The notes beneath the pieces were generated by a model. The model did not search any database, was not told where the DNA came from, and worked only from the letters and a program-made list of their open reading frames with translations. A stretch of DNA of 64,000 nt from positions 150,598,001-150,662,000 of the forward strand of contig NC_042998.1 in the NCBI RefSeq assembly GCF_006345805.1. The letters are read 5' to 3'. A program made the translations under genes and the position numbers. This DNA is from Octopus sinensis. Its lineage: Eukaryota. The stretch's first letter is position 1, and every line of letters begins with the position of its first letter. Positions 51,086-64,000 of the stretch are shown one piece after another.

Positions 51086-51318
51086 AGGCGGCGAGCTGGC
51101 AGAAACGTTAGCACGTCGGGCGAAATGCTTAGCGGTATTTCGGCTGCCGTTACGTTGTGAGTTCAAATTCCGCCGAGGTCGACTTTGCCTTTCATCCTTT
51201 CGGGGTCGATAAATTAAGTACCAGTTACGCACTGGGGTCGATGTAATCGACTTAATACCTATGTCTGTCCTTGTTTGTCCCCTCTGTGTTTGGCCCCTTG
51301 TGGGTAATAAAGAAATAG
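51086..51318 (+). mobile_element. tRNA-derived SINE, second family, well preserved
   Basis: AAGGCGGCGAGCTGGCAGAAACGTTAG head, GAGTTCAAATTCC B-box, conserved GCCTTTCATCCTTTCGGGGTCGATAAATTAAGTACCAG domain. GGTATTTGAACTAAA on both flanks looks like a TSD. Confidence 0.85.
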
Positions 51319-51344
51319 GTATTTGAACTAAAAACGTTGTATAT

Positions 51345-51395
51345 ACTCTACTAATCCCAGCCTCTACTAATCCCAGCTTCTACTAATCCCAGCTT
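51345..51395. repeat. 16-bp minisatellite x3
   Basis: (C/T)TCTACTAATCCCAGC repeated. Confidence 0.85.
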
Positions 51396-51829
51396 CGGCA
51401 TAATATTTTTTTAGTTAGGCATGATTAAAGCAACAAATTGTCAAGAAAAGGATTTAGTCGGATCAAATCGCTTTTGGATGACTATTTTATGGAACCTGAG
51501 AGGATGGAAAGCAAAAGCTGTGCTTGGTGAGATTGAACTTGTATTGTCAAAACACTCCACCGACCCCTTGCAAGAACCTCTACTGCATAACCGCCCTTTA
51601 GAGCTGCCTACAATAATAACAATTTATATCAATAAGCACAACTCGTTAGAAGCTCTATCAGCAGTCGTGTTCTGTGAGGGAGTAAGCACAGATTTAGAAA
51701 AATGATTCCAGATCTTCAAACCAATTGGCAGCCATTTCTCTTTTGCGTTGTTTTTATGTAATTTTTTTGTCTTTTTCTGTTTCGTTTATTTATTTATGTT
51801 CTTTTTTTTTATTTGAACGAATAACCAAT

Positions 51830-52334
51830 GGAAACGATGTTCGTGTCGCCTTTGATGTTGCTGTTGTTGTTATTGCCGTTGTTGTGATCATGGTAGTTTT
51901 GTTGTTTTTATCGCTAATGTTAAAGACGAGGTTATGATGTGTGAACGTTGTTGATGTTGTTGTTGTATCATTCGATGAAAAACGCGGTGACGAAAGCAAT
52001 GGTAACGGTGGTTGTGGTAGCAAAGCTGTATGGTCTTGGTGACGTTGTTGTTGTTGGTGGTGGTGGTGAATTTTTTTTTGTGCTGCTTTAGTTGCTGTTG
52101 ATGGTGGCAGTCGTCGCCCTTTTGGCAATAATGGCGCTGGTGGAGACGGCGGAAGTGACAGTGGTCATGATGGTGGTTGTGGTGGTGGTGGATTTGTTGT
52201 GGTGAATTTTGTCGTGGTGGTGATCGCCGTCGTCAACGTTTTCCTGATGTTAGCGATTTCAGTGCTGTTGTTGGTTGTGGTAGATTTCCAATAAGAAGTT
52301 AGGTTGTTGTTGTTGTTGTTGTAGTAGTAGTAGT

Positions 52335-52412
<78 letters not shown>

Positions 52413-53092
52413 ATGGCGGTGGTGGTGATGTTGGTAGAGATTTTGTAACGTGATTGATAACTTTAATGGTAAAAATGGTAGTACTCTCAGCGGTAAGGGT
52501 TGTGAAGGTGATGGTAGCGGCTACGGTGGTGAGGGGTGGGGTATGGGAGGGGTGGGTGTGATGATGACGGTGGTGGCGGTGGTAGGGATGATGGTGGAAG
52601 ACGTCCTTGTATTAGTGGTCTGTCGTGGTTGTAGTGGTGGACGTGGTGGAGGAAGAGGTAGGAAAAAAGATGGTGGCGGAGTGTAGGAGGCGTAGTGATG
52701 CTGGTATTAGCTATTGTAATGATGGTGGGGAGGGTGACGGTGGCAGCAGCGGTGTTGGTGGTGTAGATGGTGGCAGTCATGACGGTGATGGTGGTGGTCA
52801 TGGTGGTGATAGTGGTGATAGTGGTGGTGGTGGAGGTGGTAATGGTGGTGGTGGTGGTGGTGGTGGTGGTGGTGGTAGGGTTGGTGGTGGATGGTGGTAG
52901 TTATCCCGCTCCATCTCCAAACCAATTCTTTGATATAGATGAGTGATAGCACGGAATTTGCCAATCGAACGATGATCAGGAATGGGCCTACTTATGACCC
53001 GCGGTGTGTTCAATAATTGGAGGTGGGTTGGGGAAGAATCATTATACAGTTGTGTGTATGTATGTAATCGTGTGCAGATGTGAGTGTGTCTC

Positions 53093-53128
<36 letters not shown>

Positions 53129-53297
53129 CATATACACGCACGATCACATATACATATATATTACGTATCTAAATGCACGCAAGTATGTATATACACATGG
53201 TTATGCATGTAGATGTATGTATGTATGTATGTATGTATGTATGTATGTATGTATGTATGTATGTATGAATATGTGTGCATTTATGCAAATACATAAG

Positions 53298-53349
<52 letters not shown>

Positions 53350-53500
53350 CACACACACATGTATATATACGATATACATACATATATAACACATATGTAC
53401 ACACTCATATATACATACATGTATGTGTCTGTGTGTGATATGTGTATGTATGTATATGTGTGTGTGAACACCATATTAGGAATATATTTAATATACATGT

Positions 53501-53551
<51 letters not shown>

Positions 53552-53555
53552 TATA

Positions 53556-53604
<49 letters not shown>

Positions 53605-54036
53605 ATTACATATATATACACTGAAAAATGTATGTAGAGAAATATNNNNNNNNNNNNNNNNNNNNNNNNNNNNNNNNNNNNNNNNNNNNNNNNNNNNNNN
53701 NNNNNNNNNNNNNNNNNNNNNNNNNNNNNNNNNNNNNNNNNNNNNGTTATTAATGTCTTTGTCATATCTGTTATTCCTATTGTTGTTGTTGTTGCTGTCC
53801 ATATTATTATTATTATTATTATTGCTATTGTTGTTATTGATGCCTATGATATGGTTCTGCTTCTTTTTTTTTCTTGTTGATCATTTTGTTCTTGTTACTG
53901 CTCTTCTTATTTCCCTTCCTATTTTTATTATTGTTATTATTATCAATATTGTTATGTTGTTGTTGTTACTGTCGTTAATTTAATTTTTGATGTTGTTTGA
54001 GGTTTTGGCTGTTATGATTCTTTGTTTATGATTATT

Positions 54037-54107
<71 letters not shown>

Positions 54108-54381
54108 CATTATTGTTATTATTATCATTATTATTATTATTATCATCATCATCATCATAATTATTGTTATTGTTGTTATTATTTTGTTGTTGTTTTTATC
54201 GGAACAGTGAGTGTCGGAAATGGTAGCGCACCGGATTAAATGTCTTTCGGAATTTAGTTATGTCCATTTACGTTCTTCAGATCAAAATCCCCTCGAGGGT
54301 CAATAAAATAATACCAGTGAAGTAATGGAGTCGATTAATCGACTGGTACCACCTACAACATGTGTAGATTTTTACTTTTAC

Positions 54382-54433
<52 letters not shown>

Positions 54434-54465
54434 ATTATTACTATTATTATTATTATTATTATTAT

Positions 54466-54498
<33 letters not shown>

Positions 54499-54513
54499 CA
54501 CTACTACTACTAC

Positions 54514-54580
<67 letters not shown>
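51830..54580. repeat. Extended low-complexity field: (GTT)n, (GTA)n, (GGT)n, (TA)n, (ATT)n
   Basis: Consecutive trinucleotide and dinucleotide tracts. Similar fields occur throughout the window. Confidence 0.95.
53646..53745. other. Assembly gap (100 N)
   Basis: Run of exactly 100 N, a typical scaffolding placeholder. Confidence 0.99.
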
Positions 54581-56412
54581 TGCTGCTGACATCGTTCAGA
54601 CGTGCTAAAATTTTGCTTCAAGAATTCTCGACGATTTTGATTTTAGAAAATATTTCAAACTGGATCTGTATTTAAACATTTTGGAATGTCTTCCGTTGTA
54701 CCGGAACTAGACAACAAAGTCACGTTTCTTTGTTTTGATTTGTCTTTTTATTATTTCTTTTTATATTTTAACGTCAAGTTTCAATGAAATAAATGTTTCA
54801 TGTTCTACCCACAACTAGCCCCCAAAAGAATAACAGCGGATGAAGTAAAGCTTTTAACAAACAAAAAGTTTTAAAATATATTAATACCAACAAGTAAATT
54901 ACAGAAAATGATAACAGAATATAGCATTCAAACAAAGACATGTTGTTGACAACAGTAACATCAACAACATGTACATATTTTATGAAATGAAATTGTGATG
55001 AATCTAAACCATATGTATGTGGTATGCGTCATTTTAAAAACAGAAAACTCCGAAAATAATGCAAATCCAACTCATACGAGACTCTGCTTAACTCGAACTG
55101 GCCTCACAATATTTGGAAAGGAAAACACAAGGATCACAGTTAAGGAAACCAGCGATCTCTGTCTTGTAGTTCAGTTTCCTGGCACTGCATGAGTAGGTGG
55201 TCATTGCAGACACAGGTTTCGACGATATGTGATTGGGTGGAGGTCATCATGTTCTTATGACTCCACTAAACCGCAAAATAATACTATTGACAGCTCTGTG
55301 AAGGAAGGTCTTAAAACTGAGGGTCCTGGGTAGCAAATCGAACTACTACTACACATATGGAGTAATAAAAACTATTTTCGAATTTTCTGTCGAGAAAACC
55401 TAATAGTAAAAAATCACAACAACAAGTCATGGATGTTGCTAGACCCAAGCTGGCACAACAGCGTAAGGTGTCACTAGGAATATCTCTAGAGGTAACCAAG
55501 AGACCAAACAGCTCCTCACCTCTTGAGCACAACCAGTGAAGCTAATGGGAATTAATCAGAGCAACAGTTAACAACAGCTGAAATAAAACTATCAGAAGGC
55601 AGCCCTTCCAGGTATATCACCTCAACCACTTATGAGGATGGGGACAAGACGAAAATCGAAGATCAACAGTCGTTTACATAAAAAAAGAAACGTAAAATCC
55701 AAAGACATTAGAAAAAAAATTTAAAGTATGAGTGGAGTACACATCCGGAGAGGAAGCGACACGCTCTGCTGAGTTACAACCATTCACTTTTAGAAGGGAG
55801 TTTATCATCTGTGAGAAATAAACTGCCCCATTCTTCAAATGAAATAAAATCCTCAACTCTTCGCAAGGCTAAAATAAGTATGTAACAAACACCTATATAA
55901 AGTACGTCTGTGCTTTTCAGAAGAAGTACGAGTCGAGAAGAAGACGGGATCACACTTCAAATAGACATAAAATAGATAGACTATTAGTAGAAATTTAATA
56001 CATTACCAGGGGTTATACGTCAAAGATCCGCAGGTAGTGGGTCCTCGTTTGCCCGCTGTAACCTAAGAACACCTCTTAGAAGCGCTAGAAATCTCTAGTT
56101 ATAAACAATAGAAAGAGGAAGTAGAAAGGTTGCTTCATCAACAAGGTGTGGTTCCCTGAATATCGCAGATATCGGCTTTTCATCTACGTGTATGTGGTTA
56201 AACTGAATGTTGTATTAAATGAATATGTTTTATAAAACTATTTTGACCAATACCCGAGGTCATTTATGTTTTTTAATGCGTATTAAAATTGTATTTACTT
56301 CAATTGCATATCCGTCAGTACCCTGCATCTCATCCCACTCAACTTGTATTTATGTGTTTAACGTAAATTGTATTTTAATGTACCTTCCGAGTTCTTATAT
56401 AAAGAAAGATGA

Positions 56413-56452
<40 letters not shown>

Positions 56453-56584
56453 GTCTATAAATTCAACTTCACAGGTGAAAGTTGTAAATTGTCATATGAT
56501 CTGATGTCAGATGTAATAGCCAAATACCTATTAAATCACAACCTATCGACATAGATAAGGTAAAGATACACTGATTAATATGTT

Positions 56585-56870
56585 TGTTTGTTCTTTCTCG
56601 AACCATGCTTGGTCATAAGGGCCGGTTTCCCGGTTTTCTTGGCGTATAGATTTCCGGTCCGTCGCAGGTGAGCTGCAAGATGCAGGAGGAAAGAGTGAGA
56701 GAAAGTTGTGGCGAAAGAGTCGGCAGAAGTTCGCCATTACCTTCTGCCGGAGCCGCGTGGAGCTTAGGTGTTTCGCTCATAAACACACACATCGCCCGAT
56801 CTGAGATTCGAACCCGTTATCCCTCGACCGCGAGTCTGTTACTCTAACCACTCGGCCATGTGCCTCCACA
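56585..56870 (-). mobile_element. tRNA-derived SINE (copy 1; duplicated at ~57885-58168)
   Basis: Minus strand GTGGAGGCACATGGCCGAGTGGTTAGAG (A-box)...GGGTTCGAATCTC (B-box), then a non-tRNA body. Confidence 0.85.
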
Positions 56871-57689
56871 CTGATTGATATAGTTCTTCATATTTTCATA
56901 GATTCGGGAGAAATTATCTGAATACATTTATACTGATTTTATATTTTATGTATTGATGCAGTTCTGAATGGTAATTATTGACATGAAATTCATTTTCGCC
57001 ATAAATCAATAAGTAAAGAGCAAATAGCTTTTAAAGTCTGCAAATTTGGGGTAATTTTAGCCAATCGAAAGCCACAAACATATAGGTGCCTATTTCCATA
57101 ATAACAAGCCAAGCTATTACTAAGCTATCCAGCCACATGGTCTTTTTCGCTTATTAAATGCTTAAAACACGGTAGGTATGAGGTGGTAGTGAGATGTGCT
57201 AAAAATAACAGCCAAATAGGTCTTAAATCACGCACCATTTCTTTTTTGATTTTTGCATAATCATATGAATTCCCGTGTGTAGGATACAATTTCGTAAAAA
57301 TTTTCTGAAGGGTTATATGGCGTGCGTAAAGCAGAATTCCGTCGATATTTCAATTGCTGACAGTTAACACATGCAGTCACGCACAAAATGACAGCTTCCA
57401 AATCATATTTTTTGACTGGGTAAAAATTATCAAATGTTAAAGCCCTGTAACTTCTTTTTTAACTTTTGTCTAACAAGTGAATTAGGTCCTGAGATTCAGG
57501 GTGAAAAATTACATCAATACACCAAATTTGAAAAATTACCCGTAATTTTAAAATTTCAGAAAGTGCAACCAAACAGAAGCAATCCGGATAAAATATATAC
57601 CAGATTGAAATAGTAGCGAGTGCAAAAAGCAGTGCCACAGCATGGGGTCGTGTACTGATTGATACTAGTAAAACAATAATCTAGTATAC

Positions 57690-57729
<40 letters not shown>

Positions 57730-57884
57730 GTGTGTGTGTGTGTGTGTAAATGTCTATAAATTCAACTTCACAGGTGAAAGTTGTAAATTGTCATATGATC
57801 TGATGTCAGATGTAATAGCCAAATACCTATTAAATCACAACCTATCGACATAGATAAGGTAAAGATACACTGATTAATATGTTT

Positions 57885-58168
57885 GTTTGTTCTTTCTCGA
57901 ACCATGCTTGGTCATAAGGGCCGGTTTCCCGGTTTTCTTGGCGTATAGATTTCCGGTCGTCGCAGGTGAGCTGCAAGATGCAGGAGGAAAGAGTGAGAGA
58001 AAGTTGTGGCGAAAGAGTCGGCAGAAGTTCGCCATTACCTTCTGCCGGAGCCGCGTGGAGCTTAGGTGTTTCGCTCATAAACACACACATCGCCCGATCT
58101 GAGATTCGAACCCGTTATCCCTCGACCGCGAGTCTGTTACTCTAACCACTCGGCCATGTGCCTCCACA
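57885..58168 (-). mobile_element. tRNA-derived SINE (copy 2)
   Basis: Matches 56585-56870 within the tandem duplication. Confidence 0.85.
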
Positions 58169-59004
58169 CTGATTGATATAGTTCTTCATATTTTCATAGA
58201 TTCGGGAGAAATTATCTGAATACATTTATATGATTTTATATTTTATGTATTGATGCAGTTCTGAATGGTAATTATTGACATGAAATTCATTTTCGCCATA
58301 AATCAATAAGTAAAGAGCAAATAGCTTTTAAAGTCTGCAAATTTGGGGTAATTTTAGCCAATCGAAAGCCACAAACATATAGGTGCCTATTTCCATAATA
58401 ACAAGCCAAGCTATTACTAAGCTATCCAGCCACATGGTCTTTTTCGCTTATTAAATGCTTAAAACACGGTAGGTATGAGGTGGTAGTGAGATGTGCTAAA
58501 AATAACAGCCAAATAGGTCTTAAATCACGCACCATTTCTTTTTTGATTTTTGCATAATCATATGAATTCCCGTGTGTAGGATACAATTTCGTAAAAATTT
58601 TCTGAAGGGTTATATGGCGTGCGTAAAGCAGAATTCGTCGATATTTCAATTGCTGACAGTTAACACATGCAGTCACGCACAAAATGACAGCTTCCAAATC
58701 ATATTTTTTGACTGGGTAAAAATTATCAAATGTTAAAGCCCTGTAACTTCTTTTTTAACTTTTGTCTAACAAGTGAATTAGGTCCTGAGATTCAGGGTGA
58801 AAAATTACATCAATACACCAAATTTGAAAAATTACCCGTAATTTTAAAATTTCAGAAAGTGCAACCAAACAGAAGCAATCCGGATAAAATATATACCAGA
58901 TTGAAATAGTAGCGAGTGCAAAAAGCAGTGCCACAGCATGGGCGTCGTGTACTGATTGATACTAGTAAAACAATAATCTAGTATACACTTGTGTGTGTGT
59001 GTGT

Positions 59005-59039
<35 letters not shown>

Positions 59040-59272
59040 ACGTTTGTTTCTCCACTACATTGTACTGCGTTTTAGTCTCACAGCAAGGCACTGTAAGCAA
59101 GTGTCTTCTACTACGGCCTCATGTCAACCAAAGCCTTCTGAGTGAATTTAGTAAATAGAAAATGAAAGAAGCCCATCCTGTGTGTGTGTGTCAACTTTTA
59201 CAAACACACAATCCATAATACATATTACAAACATATACAAGCATACACTCACACACAAACTCAGGCATGCAT

Positions 59273-59334
<62 letters not shown>

Positions 59335-59755
59335 TCGCTCACACACACACACACACTCACGCATAAACATAAATATGTACAAGTACATACAATAAGCACA
59401 TACAAATGTACTGACGAGTGAATACATACAAAGATACAGAAAAGCACGCATGTGCGCGCGCGCACACATACACACACACACACATACAAATAGAAACATA
59501 TGCGAGCTGATGATAAACACACAGGCACGCATACATTCACCCACACACGCATACATACACACAAGTGCGTGCGCGCACACTCACAGGCACACACACACAC
59601 ACACGCACACAAACACACACACGCACACACATGCACACACAATCCGAGCAGCCAATCATCAGCTTTGCTGCTGATCTCGATGACCTTCAACGAAAAATCT
59701 GTCTCTGAATATTTGGTTTAAAGGTGGTATTGTATAAAGACATTCATTTGAGAAA

Positions 59756-59820
59756 TGAACTCTGACCTTTGAACTGCAAATGTTGACCTCTGAACTGTTA
59801 GGGGTCAGAGTTATTGACCC
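59756..59820. promoter_or_regulatory. Cluster of nuclear-receptor half-sites (DR1 array): candidate enhancer
   Basis: TGAACT-c-TGACCT-t-TGAACT, TGACCT-c-TGAACT and GGGTCA-n7-TGACCC within 65 bp of otherwise unique sequence. Confidence 0.45.
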
Positions 59821-60243
59821 AGTTAGGGCAGCGGGGATGGAGGTGGGAGTGAGGGGTTTCAACATGCCGACTCAGAAAGGAAGACATTCAGAGAGGAGGC
59901 GAAGGTATGGGGTAGGGGAAGGAGTTGGTAATATATAATAGATGGGTAGAGAGAGAGAGAGAGCAAAGGAAATACAGGGACATAATGAATATGAGAGAAG
60001 GGGACAATAACTGAGACCCACAGATTATGTCTACAGAGAAAGACAGAGAGGAGGGACTCTTTGTTGTCGCTTGATCTGTTAGAAGTAACAGCCAAATACC
60101 ACTGAAATCACAAACCATCGACGCAAATAAAGTAAAGATACACTGGATAATATAGTTATTCATATTTACATAGAGTCGAGAAAAATTATCGACCACTGAA
60201 TAGATTTATAATGGATCTGAACACACCCACTTCACTACGCACG

Positions 60244-60318
<75 letters not shown>

Positions 60319-61454
60319 CTTCAACTAAAATCTTAACGAAAGGACTTCCGATTTTTACAAGTTGGAGTCGTGGAATTTACAACTTTTACCTGTGAAGTTA
60401 AATTGATAAACATTAACACACACACACACACACACACACCACACACACACACACGCACACACATGCACACACATTCACACATGCACACACATTCAAACAT
60501 ACACACACATTCACACATGCACACACATTCACACACACTCAGATATGCAACGCTCCATCATGGCCTTATCCCTGATAAGGTGGTGCAGGTTGAATGGTGG
60601 TGGTAGTGGTGGTGTTGTTGTTCTTGATGGTGGTGGTGGTGGTGATAATGGTGATTGTGGAGTGTGATGTGTTCGTGATTGAGGATGGTTAGAGATGATC
60701 TTGATGATGCTAATGATGATGAGATGATGGTGGTGATACTGGTGATGCAGATGATAGTGATGAAAATGGTGATGTGCTCAAGTTCGGTCACAACTAAGCC
60801 TCTTGCTTTGTTTTATCCATTGCAGCTAAGGTCATGATGGAGTCCCGCCTTTATCAAGGAAGTTACAGCCGTGACTATACCCTTTTTTAGCCAGACACAT
60901 CACACCATCTACAACATTATGAAGCATGTCCTTCCTTTTTAACGCGGCAGGATATGATTTGAAGGAGGTATATCTGTTATTTATAGCAGGTTGGCCAACC
61001 ACCAAGCGTCTCACATGCGAGTTCCGGTTTTGATTGAAATACGTTGCTGTACAGCCATAGGTCAACTCTGATTAAGCAGGTCTTTGATCAAAATCATTTC
61101 AGCTGTGGCCACCACGCCCTTTTAGTATATCTACGACTAACTTGTTCAACGTATCCGGTTTTTTCAAGCCGAGCATGGGTGTGATTGATGGTTGTTGCTG
61201 TCATCCAACAGACGTGTATTGAAGTCACGCGCGGGTTCCCATCACCTCAAAACCACCACCATCATCACTGCCACAGACAACACTATTACCACAAACATAT
61301 CATACATAAACCATCAACAACAACAACTACAGCTGCTACTACTACTACTACTACCAACACCACCACCACCACCACCACCATAATTACTGCTACTACTATT
61401 ACCACCACTACCACCAAAACTACTACTACTACAAGATAAACAACTACTACTGCA

Positions 61455-61516
<62 letters not shown>

Positions 61517-62309
61517 AGTGCCAATAACAATAGCTACGACAGCAATCCTTTGATACTTTGATACTTTGATACACGACATCACTCCCACAAACTACCCTCA
61601 TGGCATAGATAAAGAGGGTGATTGACGTTGTCACCTCATACCGACGCTCTGCAGACCAATATCGAAGGAACGCCACTACGACAACCAAAATGCTATTAAT
61701 TCCCAAACAGCAACGCTAATACCAATAACGAAACCATTCCATGCATCAACCCAAACATTTTGCCAGCAATACCATCGTGAGAGACACTAACACCAATAGT
61801 TTGTGGCATAAGCACTACAACCTCCACCATCACCACCGCACGACCAAGATCACCACCACTACAACAACTATACGAGGCGCAATAATTTGTAAAAAACGAA
61901 CAGCGGATATTGGAGAAAGTAGACAGTGAAAAAAACACGACATGGCAGCCATGTTGTTGATACAAATAATGTCAACACCATGTGGTCAAAACTGTTTCCA
62001 TCTTCACCACCGCCGCCACCATCACCACCACTATCACCACTACCACACCACCGACAACAACAATAACTGCATCAATGCAACCGTCATCATCACCACCCCT
62101 ACTACCAGTAACAACGGCACCGTTACCTCCAACGCTGTCACCACCAACACCAATATACTTGAACTGACAGAAACACCATCAGAAAGAATTGAACTGCAAA
62201 CACAACCAACAACAAAAACATACCCATTTACAACAGAAACAACAATAACAATATAACAAACCATAGTAACACAACAATTAAAGAGAATATTGATTTCAAA
62301 TTTTTGCGC

Positions 62310-62495
62310 AAGGCCAGCAATTTCGGGGAAGAGGATTAGTCGATTAAATCGAGCCCAGTACTCAACTGGCACTTATTTTATCGACCTGAAATTATGAAAG
62401 GCAAAGCTGATCTTGGCGGAATTTGAGCTCAAAGCATAAAGATGGAAAAAATGCTGCGAAGCATCTTGTCCGGTGTGCTAACGATTTTACCAGCT
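62310..62495 (-). mobile_element. SINE (51086 family)
   Basis: Reverse complement motifs TTATTTTATCGACC..GAAAGGCAAAG..GGCGGAATTTGAGCTC..TGCTAACGATT. Confidence 0.75.
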
Positions 62496-62657
62496 CCGGT
62501 TTTTTTTCTTTTATATGAATATAAACTACAGTTTATATACACACCTATTATTTTTAAGAAATCAGTTCCCCCAAAATATTAGGTATTGAACCAGTATTTC
62601 CTTGGATGACTCCATCCTTTCATGAGGCTAACATTACCTCTAATTGAACTATATATA

Positions 62658-62724
<67 letters not shown>

Positions 62725-62978
62725 CGTGTATCACATTTAGACGACAGAGAGAAACAACAATAACAGCATCGAAACAATAATTGCGATCCATTATTCTTAC
62801 CTCAAGTTGGTCTCTCCGCAATCTCTACAACAAATCATAATAAAACCACAAACAAAACACTCCCACACACTACACATCATGAAGTTAGTACACGGACCAC
62901 ATCTACAACCAAGACTACCTGGATCTATGACAGACAGTTTGTTGCCGCAGCAAACTTCGAAGTCACTGTTAACAGCAT

Positions 62979-63305
62979 AGGCGTAGCTGTGTGGTAAGAA
63001 TCTTGCTAAGCGCGGGTGTGGGTGTGTGGTAAGAATCTTGCTTCCCAACCACATGGTTCCGGGTTCAGTCTCACTACGTGGCACCTTCGGCTACTGTAGC
63101 TGCGGGCCAATGCAAGGCCTTATGAGTTGGTAGACGGAAATGGAAAGAAGCTTGTCCTATATGTATGTGTTTGCCCCAACAACACGTGACAACTGATGTT
63201 CGTGTGTTTATATCCCCATAAAAAGAGACTGATAGAATAAGTACTAGGCTTACGATGAATAAGTTTTGGGATAGATTTCTTCGACTAAAGCCTTTTAAGG
63301 CGGTG
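62979..63305 (+). mobile_element. CORE-type SINE with duplicated head
   Basis: GGCGTAGCTGTGTGGTAAGAATCTTGCT occurs about twice, then GGTTCCGGGTTCAGTCT and the tail GATAGAATAAGTACTAGGC. Confidence 0.8.
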
Positions 63306-64000
63306 ATCCGGTTTCTATGGCGCCCAAGTGCCCAAGATCACGATAATCCCAATGAACAGAAGGCCAGTCAGTCGCGAGGTTCACTCATTGACAGTTAGGT
63401 GAACTGAAGTGTTTTGCTCAGGAACACGACGTACCGCTCGCTTGCGATCGTGAGTAGCCTTCACCAGCCTAGACAAACATGATAATGAAACACATAGACT
63501 GTCCCCAAACAAAGCGCTGGAACAGTAGCTAGTGCATTGAAACCTAGGCACAAGTTGGCCGTCACCGCTGTGGCCATTCTCAGAATCTGTGGGCTTGCAG
63601 AGATAGATTAGGACAATGGACAGAGTATAAATTCAGATTGGGACACTGGACACCCCTGGACTCAGTACTGGGCCTCACACTGGACGCCACGTGATTTATT
63701 GCTAGTGGCGGTTGTAGTAGTAAAGCTGAAGATGTGATGTGACTTTGAAAATAGATCTGTGGACTGGACCTTTGTAAATTCAGTTGGTTGTCTCCGTGTC
63801 ACAGAATTACATGATTAAGGAGGCTGAACAAGGAAGACAACAAAACATCATCATCATCATCATCATCATCATGTTCGTCGACGTCGTTGCCGTCATTGTT
63901 GTCGTTATCATTATCATCAACGTCGTCGTCGTCGTAGTCGGCATCGTCACCATCATTATCATCATCGTCATCGTCACCATCATCATCATCATCATCATCA

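Larger units (their letters stand above)
56414..59038. repeat. Near-identical tandem duplication, ~1299-bp unit bounded by (GT)n
   Basis: 56449-57692 matches 57748-58989 apart from a few small indels. Confidence 0.95.

Noticed and set aside
47868-51395. Short direct repeats considered as CRISPR-like arrays
   Set aside because: The 16-18-bp units are head-to-tail with no spacers, in a eukaryotic context with no cas genes.
54990-56180. SSR-free, purine-rich stretch that might be a decayed retroelement ORF1/gag
   Set aside because: No diagnostic motif or sustained reading frame recognised.
56790-56870. tRNA-like sequence (also 58088-58168, 42064-42135)
   Set aside because: A and B boxes are present, but there is no complete cloverleaf or acceptor stem, and it continues into a SINE body.
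62796-62830. Minus-strand AG|GTAAGA donor with a possible 24-nt micro-exon
   Set aside because: Weak acceptor, no partner exons, and it lies in a probable repeat relic.

Overview
AT-rich, microsatellite-saturated eukaryotic non-coding DNA. The SINE families and repeat style most resemble octopus/coleoid cephalopod genomes (inference). I found no supportable host protein-coding exon, and almost all listed ORFs are translations of (TA)n/(CA)n/(TAA)n tracts. The window is a transposon graveyard: at least eight coding fragments of Penelope-like elements (PLEs; Neptune-type and a CxCx5C/YRDD type), R4/Dong-type RLE LINEs sitting in (TAA)n, RTE and CR1-like LINE fragments, a full-length but frameshifted mariner, three non-autonomous Helitron-like elements, a foldback MITE, many tRNA-derived SINEs, two tandem duplications and a 100-N gap. 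The most interesting signal is a set of type I hammerhead ribozyme (HHR) motifs read by eye. The best is a tandem pair of minimal HHRs 358 nt apart (35986-36028 and 36344-36386, minus strand) with a U3-A8 covariant core (UUGACAA) and a palindromic CCGG in place of helix III. They lie in a non-coding repeat nested in the (TA)n of a SINE, a candidate dimer-activated retrozyme/pLTR that could give a ~358-nt circular RNA. A second HHR element of similar design lies at 49400-50168. Coordinates were counted by hand and may be off by a few bases.
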